Assembly: GCA_018366035.1 (NCBI GenBank)
Contig: JAGZIW010000006.1
Coordinates: forward strand, 126,847 to 190,846
DNA: 64,000 nucleotides
Source: Butyricicoccus pullicaecorum
Lineage (GTDB): Bacteria > Bacillota > Clostridia > Oscillospirales > Butyricicoccaceae
Direction: 5' to 3'
The notes beneath the pieces are model-generated. The model ran no database searches and had not been told where the DNA came from. It was given only the letters and a program-made list of their open reading frames with translations. This document shows, piece after piece, positions 17,167 to 27,454 of this stretch (position 1 is the stretch's first letter; each line of letters opens with the position of its first letter). The position numbers and the translations under genes are program-made.

Positions 17167-19280
17167 TGAAGGAACTTGAAAGAATAAGAGAAAAAAAGCG
17201 TGAAGATATTCGGCTTGCCCATGAGAATATGGAGAAAGCGCTCAAGGGAAATGGTGGTTTACAGGGCGTGAATGCAGTGCTGAAATTTTTAAATGTCAAT
17301 GGGAGTGTTGACGACAGTTTGCCAATTCGTGTACAGCTTGAAAGGCTTACGGAGCGCTATAATATCAATATTCGCTATGGAAAGCTTGAAACAGATTTTT
17401 ATATGAAAGCGATACTGCCCATGCTTGTAAAGACAAAGGAGGATACGTATCTTGCGGTGATACCAAGACAGAACGGCTCCTGCTACTATATAAAGGGCAA
17501 TCAAAAGATAAATTTATCCGAAGAAAAACGTACATTGTTTACAGATGAGGCACTGTACTTTTATAAGAATTTGGGAAATGATAGGGTTACCTTAAAAAGC
17601 CTTGTGCAGTTCATGTTCGATTGTGTATCGACAAGAGATAAGTTGACAGTAATATTGCTTTCCGTAACAGCGTCGGTAAGCGGGCTGCTTCTGCCATGGG
17701 CAAATAACTATATTTTTTCTAAGATTATTCCGACAGGGGATTCGTCGGGCGTTTTAGCTACTGCGGCACTGATGCTGTCTGCAATCCTGACTGCGACGAT
17801 TGTAAAGCTGATTCAATCCTTTGTAATGACCAATTCGATGGCGAGGGTGAGTGCGTATGTCCAAAATAGTGTTATTCATCGATTGCTAAGAGTACAGTCT
17901 GGATTTTTTAAATCTGAGAAGTCAGGAGCTGTTTCGGATTTGATCATGCGGTTTTCTGATATCTTGCAGATTATATCAGCAAATAGTATTACTGCTTTTA
18001 TATCAGCAGCTTTATCTGTGGTATATCTCTATCAAATTTATCATTATGCACCTTCTCTTTTGGGTGTAACGTTTTTGATAACGGCTATACTTTTAATTGT
18101 TATTATAAGAGAAGGTGTATCTAGTATTCAATACAAAAAAACATACGCAAAAGCGCTGTCCGATATGTCTGGCTTTGTTTATGAAATGTTTTCGGGTATG
18201 GAACAGGTAAAGTTAAACGGAGCGGAGGCAAAAATGCTGCATCGGTGGAGTCAACGATATGTCACATGTGCCAATGCGGAGACACCGCCGTTTGTTATAA
18301 GGTATTCCGAAGTGCTTTATAAGCTGATTACGACCCTTGCGATGCTTTTTATATTTTGGGGTGCTGCAGATGTCCCTGCATCGAGTTACATTGCGTTTGC
18401 AACTTCGTATGGTTCGTATATTGGAGCACTGATGAGTCTCGCGGGCGTAATTGCAACAATTGGTGAGTTTCAGGCAGCCTACGAAATGGTGCGTCCGCTC
18501 TTTGATGCAGGGCTTGAGGAGACAGAGACGAACAAGCAAAGACCAGCAGAGATAAATGGTGAGATCACGGTTTCAGATTTGTCGTTTCGATATCATGATA
18601 CAATGCCTTATATCATAAAGGACATGTCTTTTCGTGTGAAAAAGGGCGAGAGTATTGGAATTGTGGGAGCCTCAGGCTGTGGGAAATCCACACTGATCCG
18701 GCTGCTTTTGGGATTTGAAACGCCTGAGGACGGCAGTATTTATATTGACGGATTTGATTTGAGAGAGCTGGATTTGAAATATTATCGGCAAAATATTGGT
18801 ACCGTGATGCAAAATGCAAAGCTGATATCAGGAGATATTTATTCTAATATAGTATTGACAAAGCCAAATGCACACATTGACGAGGTGTGGGAAGCGGTTT
18901 CTCTGGCGGGCCTGTACGATGATATTACAGCACTTCCTATGGGACTGCATACGCCTGTTAGTGAGGATAACTGTACGCTTTCCGGAGGTCAACGGCAGAG
19001 AATATTGATAGCGAGAGTCATGATTGCAAAGCCATCTATACTGATCTTTGATGAAGCGACATCTGCACTGGATAATATTACACAGGCTAAGATTACAGAA
19101 GGTATCAATCGGCTTGACTGCACGAAACTGATAGTGGCGCACCGATATACAACAATTAGGGCTTGTGATAGGATTTTTGTGATGGATCGAGGTAGGATTG
19201 CAGAATGTGGTACTTATCATGAGTTGATTGCTAAAAAGGGCATATTTTTTGGACTGATGTCAGGACAAAAGTTGCAATAA
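17166..19280 (+). CDS. Second ABC transporter permease/ATPase with an N-terminal non-catalytic (C39-like?) extension.
   Basis: GTG start overlaps the upstream stop. The first 150 aa or so lack the Cys/His protease motifs. Then come a 6-TM domain and an NBD (GASGCGKST, LSGGQRQRILIARV, ILIFDEATSALD). Tandem pairing with a C39-ABC resembles the TIGR03796/TIGR03797 'NHLM' exporter pair. Confidence 0.85.
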   Translation: MKELERIREKKREDIRLAHENMEKALKGNGGLQGVNAVLKFLNVNGSVDDSLPIRVQLERLTERYNINIRYGKLETDFYMKAILPMLVKTKEDTYLAVIPRQNGSCYYIKGNQKINLSEEKRTLFTDEALYFYKNLGNDRVTLKSLVQFMFDCVSTRDKLTVILLSVTASVSGLLLPWANNYIFSKIIPTGDSSGVLATAALMLSAILTATIVKLIQSFVMTNSMARVSAYVQNSVIHRLLRVQSGFFKSEKSGAVSDLIMRFSDILQIISANSITAFISAALSVVYLYQIYHYAPSLLGVTFLITAILLIVIIREGVSSIQYKKTYAKALSDMSGFVYEMFSGMEQVKLNGAEAKMLHRWSQRYVTCANAETPPFVIRYSEVLYKLITTLAMLFIFWGAADVPASSYIAFATSYGSYIGALMSLAGVIATIGEFQAAYEMVRPLFDAGLEETETNKQRPAEINGEITVSDLSFRYHDTMPYIIKDMSFRVKKGESIGIVGASGCGKSTLIRLLLGFETPEDGSIYIDGFDLRELDLKYYRQNIGTVMQNAKLISGDIYSNIVLTKPNAHIDEVWEAVSLAGLYDDITALPMGLHTPVSEDNCTLSGGQRQRILIARVMIAKPSILIFDEATSALDNITQAKITEGINRLDCTKLIVAHRYTTIRACDRIFVMDRGRIAECGTYHELIAKKGIFFGLMSGQKLQ

Positions 19281-19388
19281 CAAAAATGAGAAAGAGGTGA
19301 AAAGATAACAAGGAAAGAACTCATATATTTGCGTGAAAAATCACGCAGCAGGTTGTTCAATGCAAAATGAATTAAGGAGGGGAAAAAC

Positions 19389-22300
19389 TTGAATAAAATT
19401 CAACAGAGGGCAGTAAGTGGTATTTTGTCATTTTCAATGATTGTATCAGCAATGCCCAGCGCATTTGCGCGAAATGAATCAATTAGTGGGACAGCCGAAA
19501 TTTCTTTTGCGGCGTCAAAGTATGTCGTCTCAGAAAATGAAAAAAAGCTGAAAGTGAAAATCGTACGCTCAGGCGGTAACGAGAGTAAGATTGATGTAGC
19601 ATTTAAGACAGCTGATTTTACTGCTGAATATGGCGCTGACTATGTTGTACTTGACGAAAACGGTGATGAATTGCCTGTTGTTGACGGAATTGCTCCAGAT
19701 GAATCTATGTTTGAGGAGGTATCGGACAATGCAATCATTACAGAGGTTGATGAGGATACTACTGTAACAGACGATCAAACCACTGAAAAATTAGAGGAAT
19801 CAGAGCAAAATACTGAAGATAACAATACAACAGATGAAATCATAAACGATGAGGGAGAGGTCGAAGAGCTTTCGACTGTAATTGAAAATGTTTCTGATGC
19901 GGAAATTCAGGAGGAGACCGCTGATGCAGAGAAGCCGGAGGAGTCTCTTGAAAAATCAGAGTCTGAGAATAGCAATCCTGTAACAGGTGAACAGACAGAT
20001 GAAAAATCTGAACAGCCCGGTGAAGATGTTGGAGATGATACCACGGGAGACGAAGGCGGTGAGGATACCGATACTGAGACTCAGGAGCCGACAGAAAATG
20101 TTCCAGATACAGAAAAGCAGGACGAGGTATCTGATACTGCGGAAGATGAGCCAACTTTGGATAGTCAAGGCACAGCAAGGACCTCCACCGGTTCTGCTCT
20201 GCTTGATGCACAGGCACAGTATTTACAATTGCCTGACGAAGATGGAGAGACTGCGGAAGCAGTAGAAAACATTCTTACAGAGACAAACAACTATTTTCAA
20301 GGTGCGCGTGGTGCAGTGGGTGTTGTGACCTTTCAGGAGGGACAAACCCAAAAGGAAATCACAATAAAGATTCTTGATAATGATCGCGCTCATGCAGATA
20401 AGATTATCATGCTGTCGCTTATGGGAATAAACGGCGATGAGAAAACTTCACTTGCAGCAAATCCTACGGCGTATGTTAATATTATGGACGATGAGGCATA
20501 TGAAAAGCCTGTTATTACTCCAGCGATCAATGAAATTACGCTGACAGAGCAGGAGCCGACCTATGAACTTACGCTCACAAGAAACGAGGGCGTTGAATAC
20601 TACACTTCTGTTCTTGTTTCGACAGTTAAGGGCACAGCACAAGAGGGCTACCATTATGAAAAAATCGAAAATGCAAGCCTTGCGTTTGTGCCCGGAGAAA
20701 CAGAAAAGAAAGTGAAGATTTCAGCGGAACACTTCGACAAAGAAATGACGTTTGGAATTCGCTTGGAAAGTGATGGCACCTGTGAGATAACAGATGAATA
20801 CATTGATGTAACCATGGCGGCAAAGTCTGCGCAAGCTGCTGTAATAAATAGCGAAGCCGCTGTGCTAACGTCTGTGGATAATAACATTGCGCAGGCAGCA
20901 TCAAATGTACTCGGAGCCCCATCTACACTAGTTGTACTGGATATGGAGAAGGGGCCTAGCATGGGCAGTCAGGATGGTTGGCATAGAAGGGGAGAAAGGG
21001 ATTATGGTCTTTATGAAACCTATAAGAATAGTGGCAGGACATGGGTTGCGAAGAATGCAACCAATCTTTCTGGCGTAGACAAAATTTCGTTTTCTCATCA
21101 GAACAAGGGACATTATGTCGGAAAACGTGGGGCATACCATATCTTTATTGAACTCCTTCGTGGAAAGGACAGAGATGATTACGGAGCATCTGGTGACAAA
21201 AATCTCAGAAAAGATGGAAATCATGGATGGACAGACAGTAGGCTAGATGTTTCGGAGTTGAACGGTGATTATTTTATCCGTTTTGGTATCAGAAATGATG
21301 GCTGGCCCGCTGATAATGCGGAAAGCTGGTTTGGAGATCGTGTGCATTTAGAGTGGAAAAGGTATAACTTTGACATTCATAACAAACAGGTATTTAACCG
21401 CCTTGCATATGATTACGCAGATAAAACTGGTGAAGCTTTAAAAATCGCATATACAGATGGTCAAGATGATTATGATTATATTCCTTCTGTGAAGCTGGTG
21501 GATAACGCAGGCAATGAGGTAAGTGGTTTTTATGCGAATGCAAATCAAACAATAAAGCCGGTATCGACAAATCCGCAGCTTGATGCAAAGTATGGCGTAG
21601 AGCTTGAGGGCGTATATCTTTATACAAAAGACAACGACAGTCTTTATAGGAAAGAGACCAGATACCCATATAAGGATCATTGGTATACAGACAAGACGTT
21701 GTGGATACCTTCGAGCGGCATAAGCGCAGACCAGAGTTTGGCAGAACGCATTGACAAAACATTTGGACGCAATGTAACAGTAGTCAAAGTGATGCCGAAG
21801 TTTAAGCAAAAAACAATCACGTTAAATGTTCATAATATAGATGATGAAAATACGTATATTGCTAATATGAACAGCAAGCAGGCGGAAAGCTATCGTGATT
21901 GGGGGGCGAGGGGATATTATAATCAATATACCTTCCCAATGAATTCCAAGATTAAGGTTCGTGCGGTTGGTGCTTCAAATAAAACGATTACAGGATTCAA
22001 AGTAGATCTGTGGTCAAAGTCGGATAAGGACGATCCGATCTATTCTGATAGTAATGCACCAGAAAGAATGACGTATGTTCTTTCTGAAAATATGAGTTTT
22101 TATCCGAGAACCGAGAATGACGGAATGAATGTTGCGTATATGCCGAATGTGGATAAGGTGGTAGATGATCTGACAGGGCGCGCATTTCTCCAGCCGTCAA
22201 CCGCACAGGAGGCAGAAGAGCTGCTCGCTTCCAATAAAAACGGTGATATCCATATCAAAACAGTTTATCCGGGCATGCTCTGGACACTGCGCGCAACAGC

Positions 22301-25300
22301 ACCAGAAGGATATTATGTCAAGTGGACAAATGGAACCGGAGATATTAAAAATATCAACGGAATGATAGATGCAAGCTCCGATCCAAATGTCAACGAGCAA
22401 ACAGAAAGTACGAAAAAGTTCAAGGACTTGTATAATCCGATTTTCGGTGATATATTGTCTCGCGATATCGTACAGAACAACACAAAATATTATTATGAGT
22501 TTGTAAAGAATAACAATACATCAACGGTAGTCAAAGGCAGAGTAGAACGGGAAAATGGAAGTTTTTACGATGTGGTACACAATAGGCGGCTCGATGTAAC
22601 ACCAGTTAACGCGACACAGGTAAGTATTGCGGGAACTGCTGGATTTACAGATGGGACGGGTCACTTTGCCATAGAGGTTAAAAATGTTCCACGTTCAGGA
22701 ATGATTAGTATTCTGGTAGATGACAATGGAACTACGTATCCCGCTACAGCGTTGATAAATAATCTATATCTGACACTTCCGGCGTACGAGTGTTTCAAGC
22801 CAAAGGCATTGAATATAAGATATGAAGATGATGTAACCAATAAAATAAACGGTACAGCTGTCAATGTCAAAGATGATACACTGCATATAACCGCAGAGGT
22901 CGAAAGCAATGGTACCATTGAGCCTGTGGACGCAAAATTCTCTATCCATAAGGTGAATGGTTCGGTGATTGATTGTTCAACAGACAGCAGATTTACCAAC
23001 GGGTTTGCAAACAGAACAGCAACACTCAGCTTTAATCCGAAATCTGTATTGGATTCGGGTGACAGAATATACGTTTCTTTCACAGACCAGAATGGTAAGT
23101 CTTATAAATCAATGGATTTGGGGTATGACTTTGTTACGCCGCTTAATCTCGGAACCTTTTTGTTCCCGCTGATTGGCAGTGAGCTGCTCGAAGACACATA
23201 CAGCAGTGCGGTAGAGCTGATAGGTGACCCACTTGGCAACGTATCGTTAGGTAAGATTGGCTTTGATGAACCTGTAACGGAAGATGTTACTCCGCCGGGA
23301 ATGGACTCCAATGAGTATAAGTATCAAATGACAACTTATCAATTTGGTGACTATAAGAGTGCGGTAAAGACCTTCGGTGCGGAGAGTGAGGAGGAGCCTG
23401 ACCAGAGCAAGAGTGAAGAGACAAAGAAAAAGGCGAAAAAGGCATTGGACAAGAACGGTCAAAAACCTGATGGAGGAGGATATAAAACGGCAAAATCCTT
23501 CTCATGGGAGCTTTCCCCTAAAATGGTATTTGCCATGCAGCTAACAAGCCGAAATGTAGATGGTGAATACAAATACTTCTTTGAAGAACTGGATTTCATT
23601 GTAGGGCTTGACTTTGATGTGGACGGAAAAATAACGATCACTTTGCCCATTGGAATGAACGTCATTATCACGGCTGGACTGAATGGAAATATTACTGGCA
23701 TATTCCAACTCAAAACCGATTACACAGGAGATTCGACATGGAACACCAATAAGGTCGAGTACAGTCCGGAGACATTCGGATTATTCGAAGAAATAGAGCA
23801 TGTCAACAGAAAGGCATATCTGATGCTCGATCCGAATATTTCGCTTGGACTTGGCGTAGAGATTGCAATTATTGAATTGGGTGGACATGCGAACTTCAAC
23901 TTTGATATGGATTTTGAATTTGGACTGAATGCAGGTTCGTTAGGACACCGCATGTACGGTGATATGACATATAACTTTGATTATTATATCAAGGTGCTGT
24001 CATTTGAGGTTTACTCTAATGCAACAAAGGAACAGACTGTCAAGCTATTTTCGGAGAATGCCGATGGACATATCGAACCCGACCTCATTCCGGATCTTTT
24101 GAGTGCGGAAGATGATAGAATACAATCCATACAGTCAACAAGAGATTATCTTGACAATGAATCGGGGTGGAACAGCAGCAATTATGCAATATCACCTTTT
24201 GATATCGATGCAGGCAATACAGAGGAAATGACTTTGCAAAGCGGAATATATCCCAGCGCAAAGACAACGCTTACACCAATTGGTGGCGGTAAGATGTTTA
24301 TGACATTCATCGGTGATGTGCCGTCAAGAGGTGATGTGGATCGAACTGGTCTGTTTTACTCCATATATGATGGCACAACATGGTCACAGCCAAAGCTGGT
24401 AGACGATGATGGAACGCTAGATGATTACCCGAATGTATTTGATTTGGGAGATAAGCTGTTGATTTCATGGTCCTCGGCAGACAAAAAGTTTGGGAACAAT
24501 GCAACAACGCAGCAGGCTTTGTCCGCGCTGGATATCAAGACGGTGTTCTTTGAAAAAAAGAGTGAACGTTTTGAACAGGTGACACAGCTGACACATAAAA
24601 CAGAGCAGGACTATGCTGCGGATGTGAATCCGAAGGCTGCATATGACAGTACAAGCGACAGACTGATACTCTACTATACCAAAACTGAGTATGAAGATGC
24701 CAAAACATTGACAGATCTTACTACTGCTGCATCGGTTATCGCATACCGTTTCTATGAAAATGGGAAGTGGAATGATGCATCAAGCTATACAGATAAAGAG
24801 CTTGCAGGTGTTACAGACAAGGAGGCGTATAAACGAAATTGGTACGGTCAGAGATTCCTTGATACGAGACTTGACAAAATGAGCCAAGAAATGCTCCGAA
24901 TCGTTGATTCCGATGCAATTTCTTACAACGGGCTGGCGCTCTATGCATGGACGGTTGACTATGATAAGGATTTGAATACCGTAGAGGACCGCGATGTATT
25001 CATGCAGATTTATAACTTTAAGCAAAATGATTTTACCCATATCGTAAAAATGACGCCAGAAGCAGGTGCGTATCAAGCACCACAATTTGGCCGATATAAA
25101 GATGAAACATTCCTGTTCTATTCTTCTATTGGGAAATTGGGAGAAGGTGAGAATCAAGAACAAAGCGGTATTGCTTATTTGGAGGTAAGCGATATTATCT
25201 CAAACGATAAGTACACAAAGGTCAATATAGGTTCCTCTGAGTACTATAAGCTGGAATACGAAACAATGTCTGGGGAAACAACTTCCAGCGATGGAACAAT

Positions 25301-27431
25301 CATTCCCGAAGAAAAGCAAACTGTAAAGATTATGCCGTCATATGCTGTGAAATTAGATGGATATGTAAACAATTACAGTGTTGACGTCGATCAGAACGAA
25401 AGCATGTATTTGACATGGACAAATTCTGATGAAAATGGTTCCAGACAGGTATATACATCTATTTTTGACTGTGACCCGTCTGTGGGTACGAAAGCTGCAG
25501 CAGCTGATGAGGCTTCGCGGAACTCAGACTGGAGTGAAGCGTTTAAGCTGACAAATGCAGAAGATGTATCGTACAGAAATGCTGATGCAGCTGTTATGGA
25601 CGGAAAGCTTTATATTGTATCATCAAAGACTCCTTATATTACAGATGGTGACAGCAAGAAGCTTGATGATAACAATACAAGCCTTGTCATGCTGACACAT
25701 ATACCATATGCAAGGGCTGTAACAGTCGATGAAAATGCGCTGACAGTAAATACAGAATATGTGTATCCGAATACAGGATTCGTTCTAACTTCAACAGTAA
25801 AGAATGAGGGTACTAAATTTATTGACAAACCAGTTACCTTTAGATTCACAATGGTATCTAATGGTGTGGTGACAGAGTTTGGAACACAGACCGTAGAAGG
25901 TGTCTGGGGTGCCGGAAAGATGTTGCAGGCATCTGTCAATGTTCCTGCAATTTCTGAGATTCGTGATGATCTTACTTTCTGTGCAGATATTACCGTAGAA
26001 GGCGGAACACCAATTCGACAGGAGATGCGTATTATAAAGGAGCATAATCTGGTTTCTGATGGAGATGCCTCTCTCGTAGAGAATACGGACGGGCATAGTC
26101 TGTATATCCCGCTGAAAAACAAGGGAAATGTCACGTCCCCAGAGGTTACGGTAAGTCTATATACCGCGAAGGGAGATACTGTAGATAAGCTGATAGACGC
26201 ATATACTGTCAATACCATTGCCGAAAATACATCAATAACGATGGAGGAGACGGTTCAAATTCCTGACAGTGCCTTTGTGATTGATGAAAATGACGGTGCA
26301 GCAGATATTATTGCAGTGGTACAGGCTGGCGGCGAGGACGTGATTACACTCAAAGCGACTGCACACAAAAATTTCGATGCACAGGCAATCGAAACGATGC
26401 GTAAGGTGACTGGTGTGTCCATCGAGGGCAATGACAGAATTTATGCAAAGCGCCTTGAGGATATTGAAATTGCAACGGAAGTTGGAGGTACAGCAGGCGA
26501 TGAAGTTATGGTTCTCTGGAAAAGCGACAATGCAGATGTTGTATATGTCAGAGAAGACAACACTTTGTTTGCAGCCGGAAACGGTACGGCTCGTCTGACA
26601 GGTTATGTTATCCCGTCTGCACAAAATATCGTATTCCAATACGACGGAACATCAGAGAAGGAAGATGTGCTGAAGAATATACCTTCGACACTGCATCACA
26701 CAGTAGTTGCAGATGTAATCGTAAACGAAACTGGCACAGATTCTGGTGGTGGTTCTTCCGGAGGCAGTTCCGACGATGATGATGATTTTGATAAAGAGGA
26801 ACCCAAAAAGGAAGAAGAATTGAATGAGCCAACTACACCGTCAACCGGAACTTGGACAAATCCATTCCGTGATGTTTCTAGCGATGATTGGTTCTTTGAC
26901 AGCGTTCAATATGTTTGTGAGAACAACATCTTCAAGGGCATGACGGATACAAGCTTTGAACCACACGCCAAATTGACAAGAGCAATGCTGGTAACAGTGC
27001 TCTATCGTTTGGAGGGAGATTTAGATATGAATGGAATTTCAGGAAGTTCGTTTACAGATGTGGCAGCAGAAAGCTGGTATGGAGATGCTGTATATTGGGC
27101 AAGCCAGAACGGGATTGTAAAGGGGTATGCAGAAGGAACTTTTGCGCCAAATGATCAAATTACCCGTGAACAGTTTGCGGCCATTATGGAGCGTTATGCT
27201 ACCTATGAGGGAAATAGAGTATCAAATTCTGTCGATATGTCGCAATTTACGGACAAAGAAGAAATTTCAGATTGGGCAGTCACAAGTCTTTCTTGGGCGG
27301 TTGGCTCCGGTTTGATTTCTGGTAAGGGCAATGGTATCCTAGATCCAAAGGGCAGCGCAACACGTGCTGAGGCTGCTGCAATTCTCCAGAGATATATAGA
27401 AAATATATCGAAAAACAGTATGGTACAATAA
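19389..27431 (+). CDS. Giant (2680 aa) secreted multidomain S-layer-homology surface protein.
   Basis: TTG start after RBS AAGGAGGGG, then a Sec signal peptide (…SAMPSAFA|RNES). Two Calx-beta-like domains are present, the first split by a D/E/T-rich insert of about 200 aa. A BNR Asp-box (SIYDGTTW) and CARDB-like segments (VKNEGT.., LKNKGNV..) follow. A Big_2-like domain, a GS/D-rich linker and three C-terminal SLH repeats (WFFDSVQYV…, WYGDAVYWA…, DWAVTSLSWA…) complete the protein. Confidence 0.85.
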   Translation: MNKIQQRAVSGILSFSMIVSAMPSAFARNESISGTAEISFAASKYVVSENEKKLKVKIVRSGGNESKIDVAFKTADFTAEYGADYVVLDENGDELPVVDGIAPDESMFEEVSDNAIITEVDEDTTVTDDQTTEKLEESEQNTEDNNTTDEIINDEGEVEELSTVIENVSDAEIQEETADAEKPEESLEKSESENSNPVTGEQTDEKSEQPGEDVGDDTTGDEGGEDTDTETQEPTENVPDTEKQDEVSDTAEDEPTLDSQGTARTSTGSALLDAQAQYLQLPDEDGETAEAVENILTETNNYFQGARGAVGVVTFQEGQTQKEITIKILDNDRAHADKIIMLSLMGINGDEKTSLAANPTAYVNIMDDEAYEKPVITPAINEITLTEQEPTYELTLTRNEGVEYYTSVLVSTVKGTAQEGYHYEKIENASLAFVPGETEKKVKISAEHFDKEMTFGIRLESDGTCEITDEYIDVTMAAKSAQAAVINSEAAVLTSVDNNIAQAASNVLGAPSTLVVLDMEKGPSMGSQDGWHRRGERDYGLYETYKNSGRTWVAKNATNLSGVDKISFSHQNKGHYVGKRGAYHIFIELLRGKDRDDYGASGDKNLRKDGNHGWTDSRLDVSELNGDYFIRFGIRNDGWPADNAESWFGDRVHLEWKRYNFDIHNKQVFNRLAYDYADKTGEALKIAYTDGQDDYDYIPSVKLVDNAGNEVSGFYANANQTIKPVSTNPQLDAKYGVELEGVYLYTKDNDSLYRKETRYPYKDHWYTDKTLWIPSSGISADQSLAERIDKTFGRNVTVVKVMPKFKQKTITLNVHNIDDENTYIANMNSKQAESYRDWGARGYYNQYTFPMNSKIKVRAVGASNKTITGFKVDLWSKSDKDDPIYSDSNAPERMTYVLSENMSFYPRTENDGMNVAYMPNVDKVVDDLTGRAFLQPSTAQEAEELLASNKNGDIHIKTVYPGMLWTLRATAPEGYYVKWTNGTGDIKNINGMIDASSDPNVNEQTESTKKFKDLYNPIFGDILSRDIVQNNTKYYYEFVKNNNTSTVVKGRVERENGSFYDVVHNRRLDVTPVNATQVSIAGTAGFTDGTGHFAIEVKNVPRSGMISILVDDNGTTYPATALINNLYLTLPAYECFKPKALNIRYEDDVTNKINGTAVNVKDDTLHITAEVESNGTIEPVDAKFSIHKVNGSVIDCSTDSRFTNGFANRTATLSFNPKSVLDSGDRIYVSFTDQNGKSYKSMDLGYDFVTPLNLGTFLFPLIGSELLEDTYSSAVELIGDPLGNVSLGKIGFDEPVTEDVTPPGMDSNEYKYQMTTYQFGDYKSAVKTFGAESEEEPDQSKSEETKKKAKKALDKNGQKPDGGGYKTAKSFSWELSPKMVFAMQLTSRNVDGEYKYFFEELDFIVGLDFDVDGKITITLPIGMNVIITAGLNGNITGIFQLKTDYTGDSTWNTNKVEYSPETFGLFEEIEHVNRKAYLMLDPNISLGLGVEIAIIELGGHANFNFDMDFEFGLNAGSLGHRMYGDMTYNFDYYIKVLSFEVYSNATKEQTVKLFSENADGHIEPDLIPDLLSAEDDRIQSIQSTRDYLDNESGWNSSNYAISPFDIDAGNTEEMTLQSGIYPSAKTTLTPIGGGKMFMTFIGDVPSRGDVDRTGLFYSIYDGTTWSQPKLVDDDGTLDDYPNVFDLGDKLLISWSSADKKFGNNATTQQALSALDIKTVFFEKKSERFEQVTQLTHKTEQDYAADVNPKAAYDSTSDRLILYYTKTEYEDAKTLTDLTTAASVIAYRFYENGKWNDASSYTDKELAGVTDKEAYKRNWYGQRFLDTRLDKMSQEMLRIVDSDAISYNGLALYAWTVDYDKDLNTVEDRDVFMQIYNFKQNDFTHIVKMTPEAGAYQAPQFGRYKDETFLFYSSIGKLGEGENQEQSGIAYLEVSDIISNDKYTKVNIGSSEYYKLEYETMSGETTSSDGTIIPEEKQTVKIMPSYAVKLDGYVNNYSVDVDQNESMYLTWTNSDENGSRQVYTSIFDCDPSVGTKAAAADEASRNSDWSEAFKLTNAEDVSYRNADAAVMDGKLYIVSSKTPYITDGDSKKLDDNNTSLVMLTHIPYARAVTVDENALTVNTEYVYPNTGFVLTSTVKNEGTKFIDKPVTFRFTMVSNGVVTEFGTQTVEGVWGAGKMLQASVNVPAISEIRDDLTFCADITVEGGTPIRQEMRIIKEHNLVSDGDASLVENTDGHSLYIPLKNKGNVTSPEVTVSLYTAKGDTVDKLIDAYTVNTIAENTSITMEETVQIPDSAFVIDENDGAADIIAVVQAGGEDVITLKATAHKNFDAQAIETMRKVTGVSIEGNDRIYAKRLEDIEIATEVGGTAGDEVMVLWKSDNADVVYVREDNTLFAAGNGTARLTGYVIPSAQNIVFQYDGTSEKEDVLKNIPSTLHHTVVADVIVNETGTDSGGGSSGGSSDDDDDFDKEEPKKEEELNEPTTPSTGTWTNPFRDVSSDDWFFDSVQYVCENNIFKGMTDTSFEPHAKLTRAMLVTVLYRLEGDLDMNGISGSSFTDVAAESWYGDAVYWASQNGIVKGYAEGTFAPNDQITREQFAAIMERYATYEGNRVSNSVDMSQFTDKEEISDWAVTSLSWAVGSGLISGKGNGILDPKGSATRAEAAAILQRYIENISKNSMVQ

Positions 27432-27454
27432 TTTTTAGAAAGGTTGATAAAATT

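Noticed and set aside
19569-26832. About 20 minus-strand and alternative-frame ORFs of 60 to 190 aa nested inside the 8-kb giant gene, for example 19840..20217, 21438..21809, 25634..26218 and 26232..26639.
   Set aside because: All lie entirely within the long plus-strand CDS, which has strong domain content. They have no RBS or motifs and low-complexity translations, and they are typical antisense-frame artefacts of a long gene.
19389-27431. The idea that the HlyD plus ABC genes form a type-I-like secretion system for the giant protein, analogous to LapA/LapB/LapC.
   Set aside because: The giant protein has a classical N-terminal Sec signal peptide and C-terminal SLH anchors. It has no C-terminal T1SS secretion signal or RTX repeats. 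The ABC partner has a catalytically intact C39 domain, which indicates a GG-leader peptide substrate.
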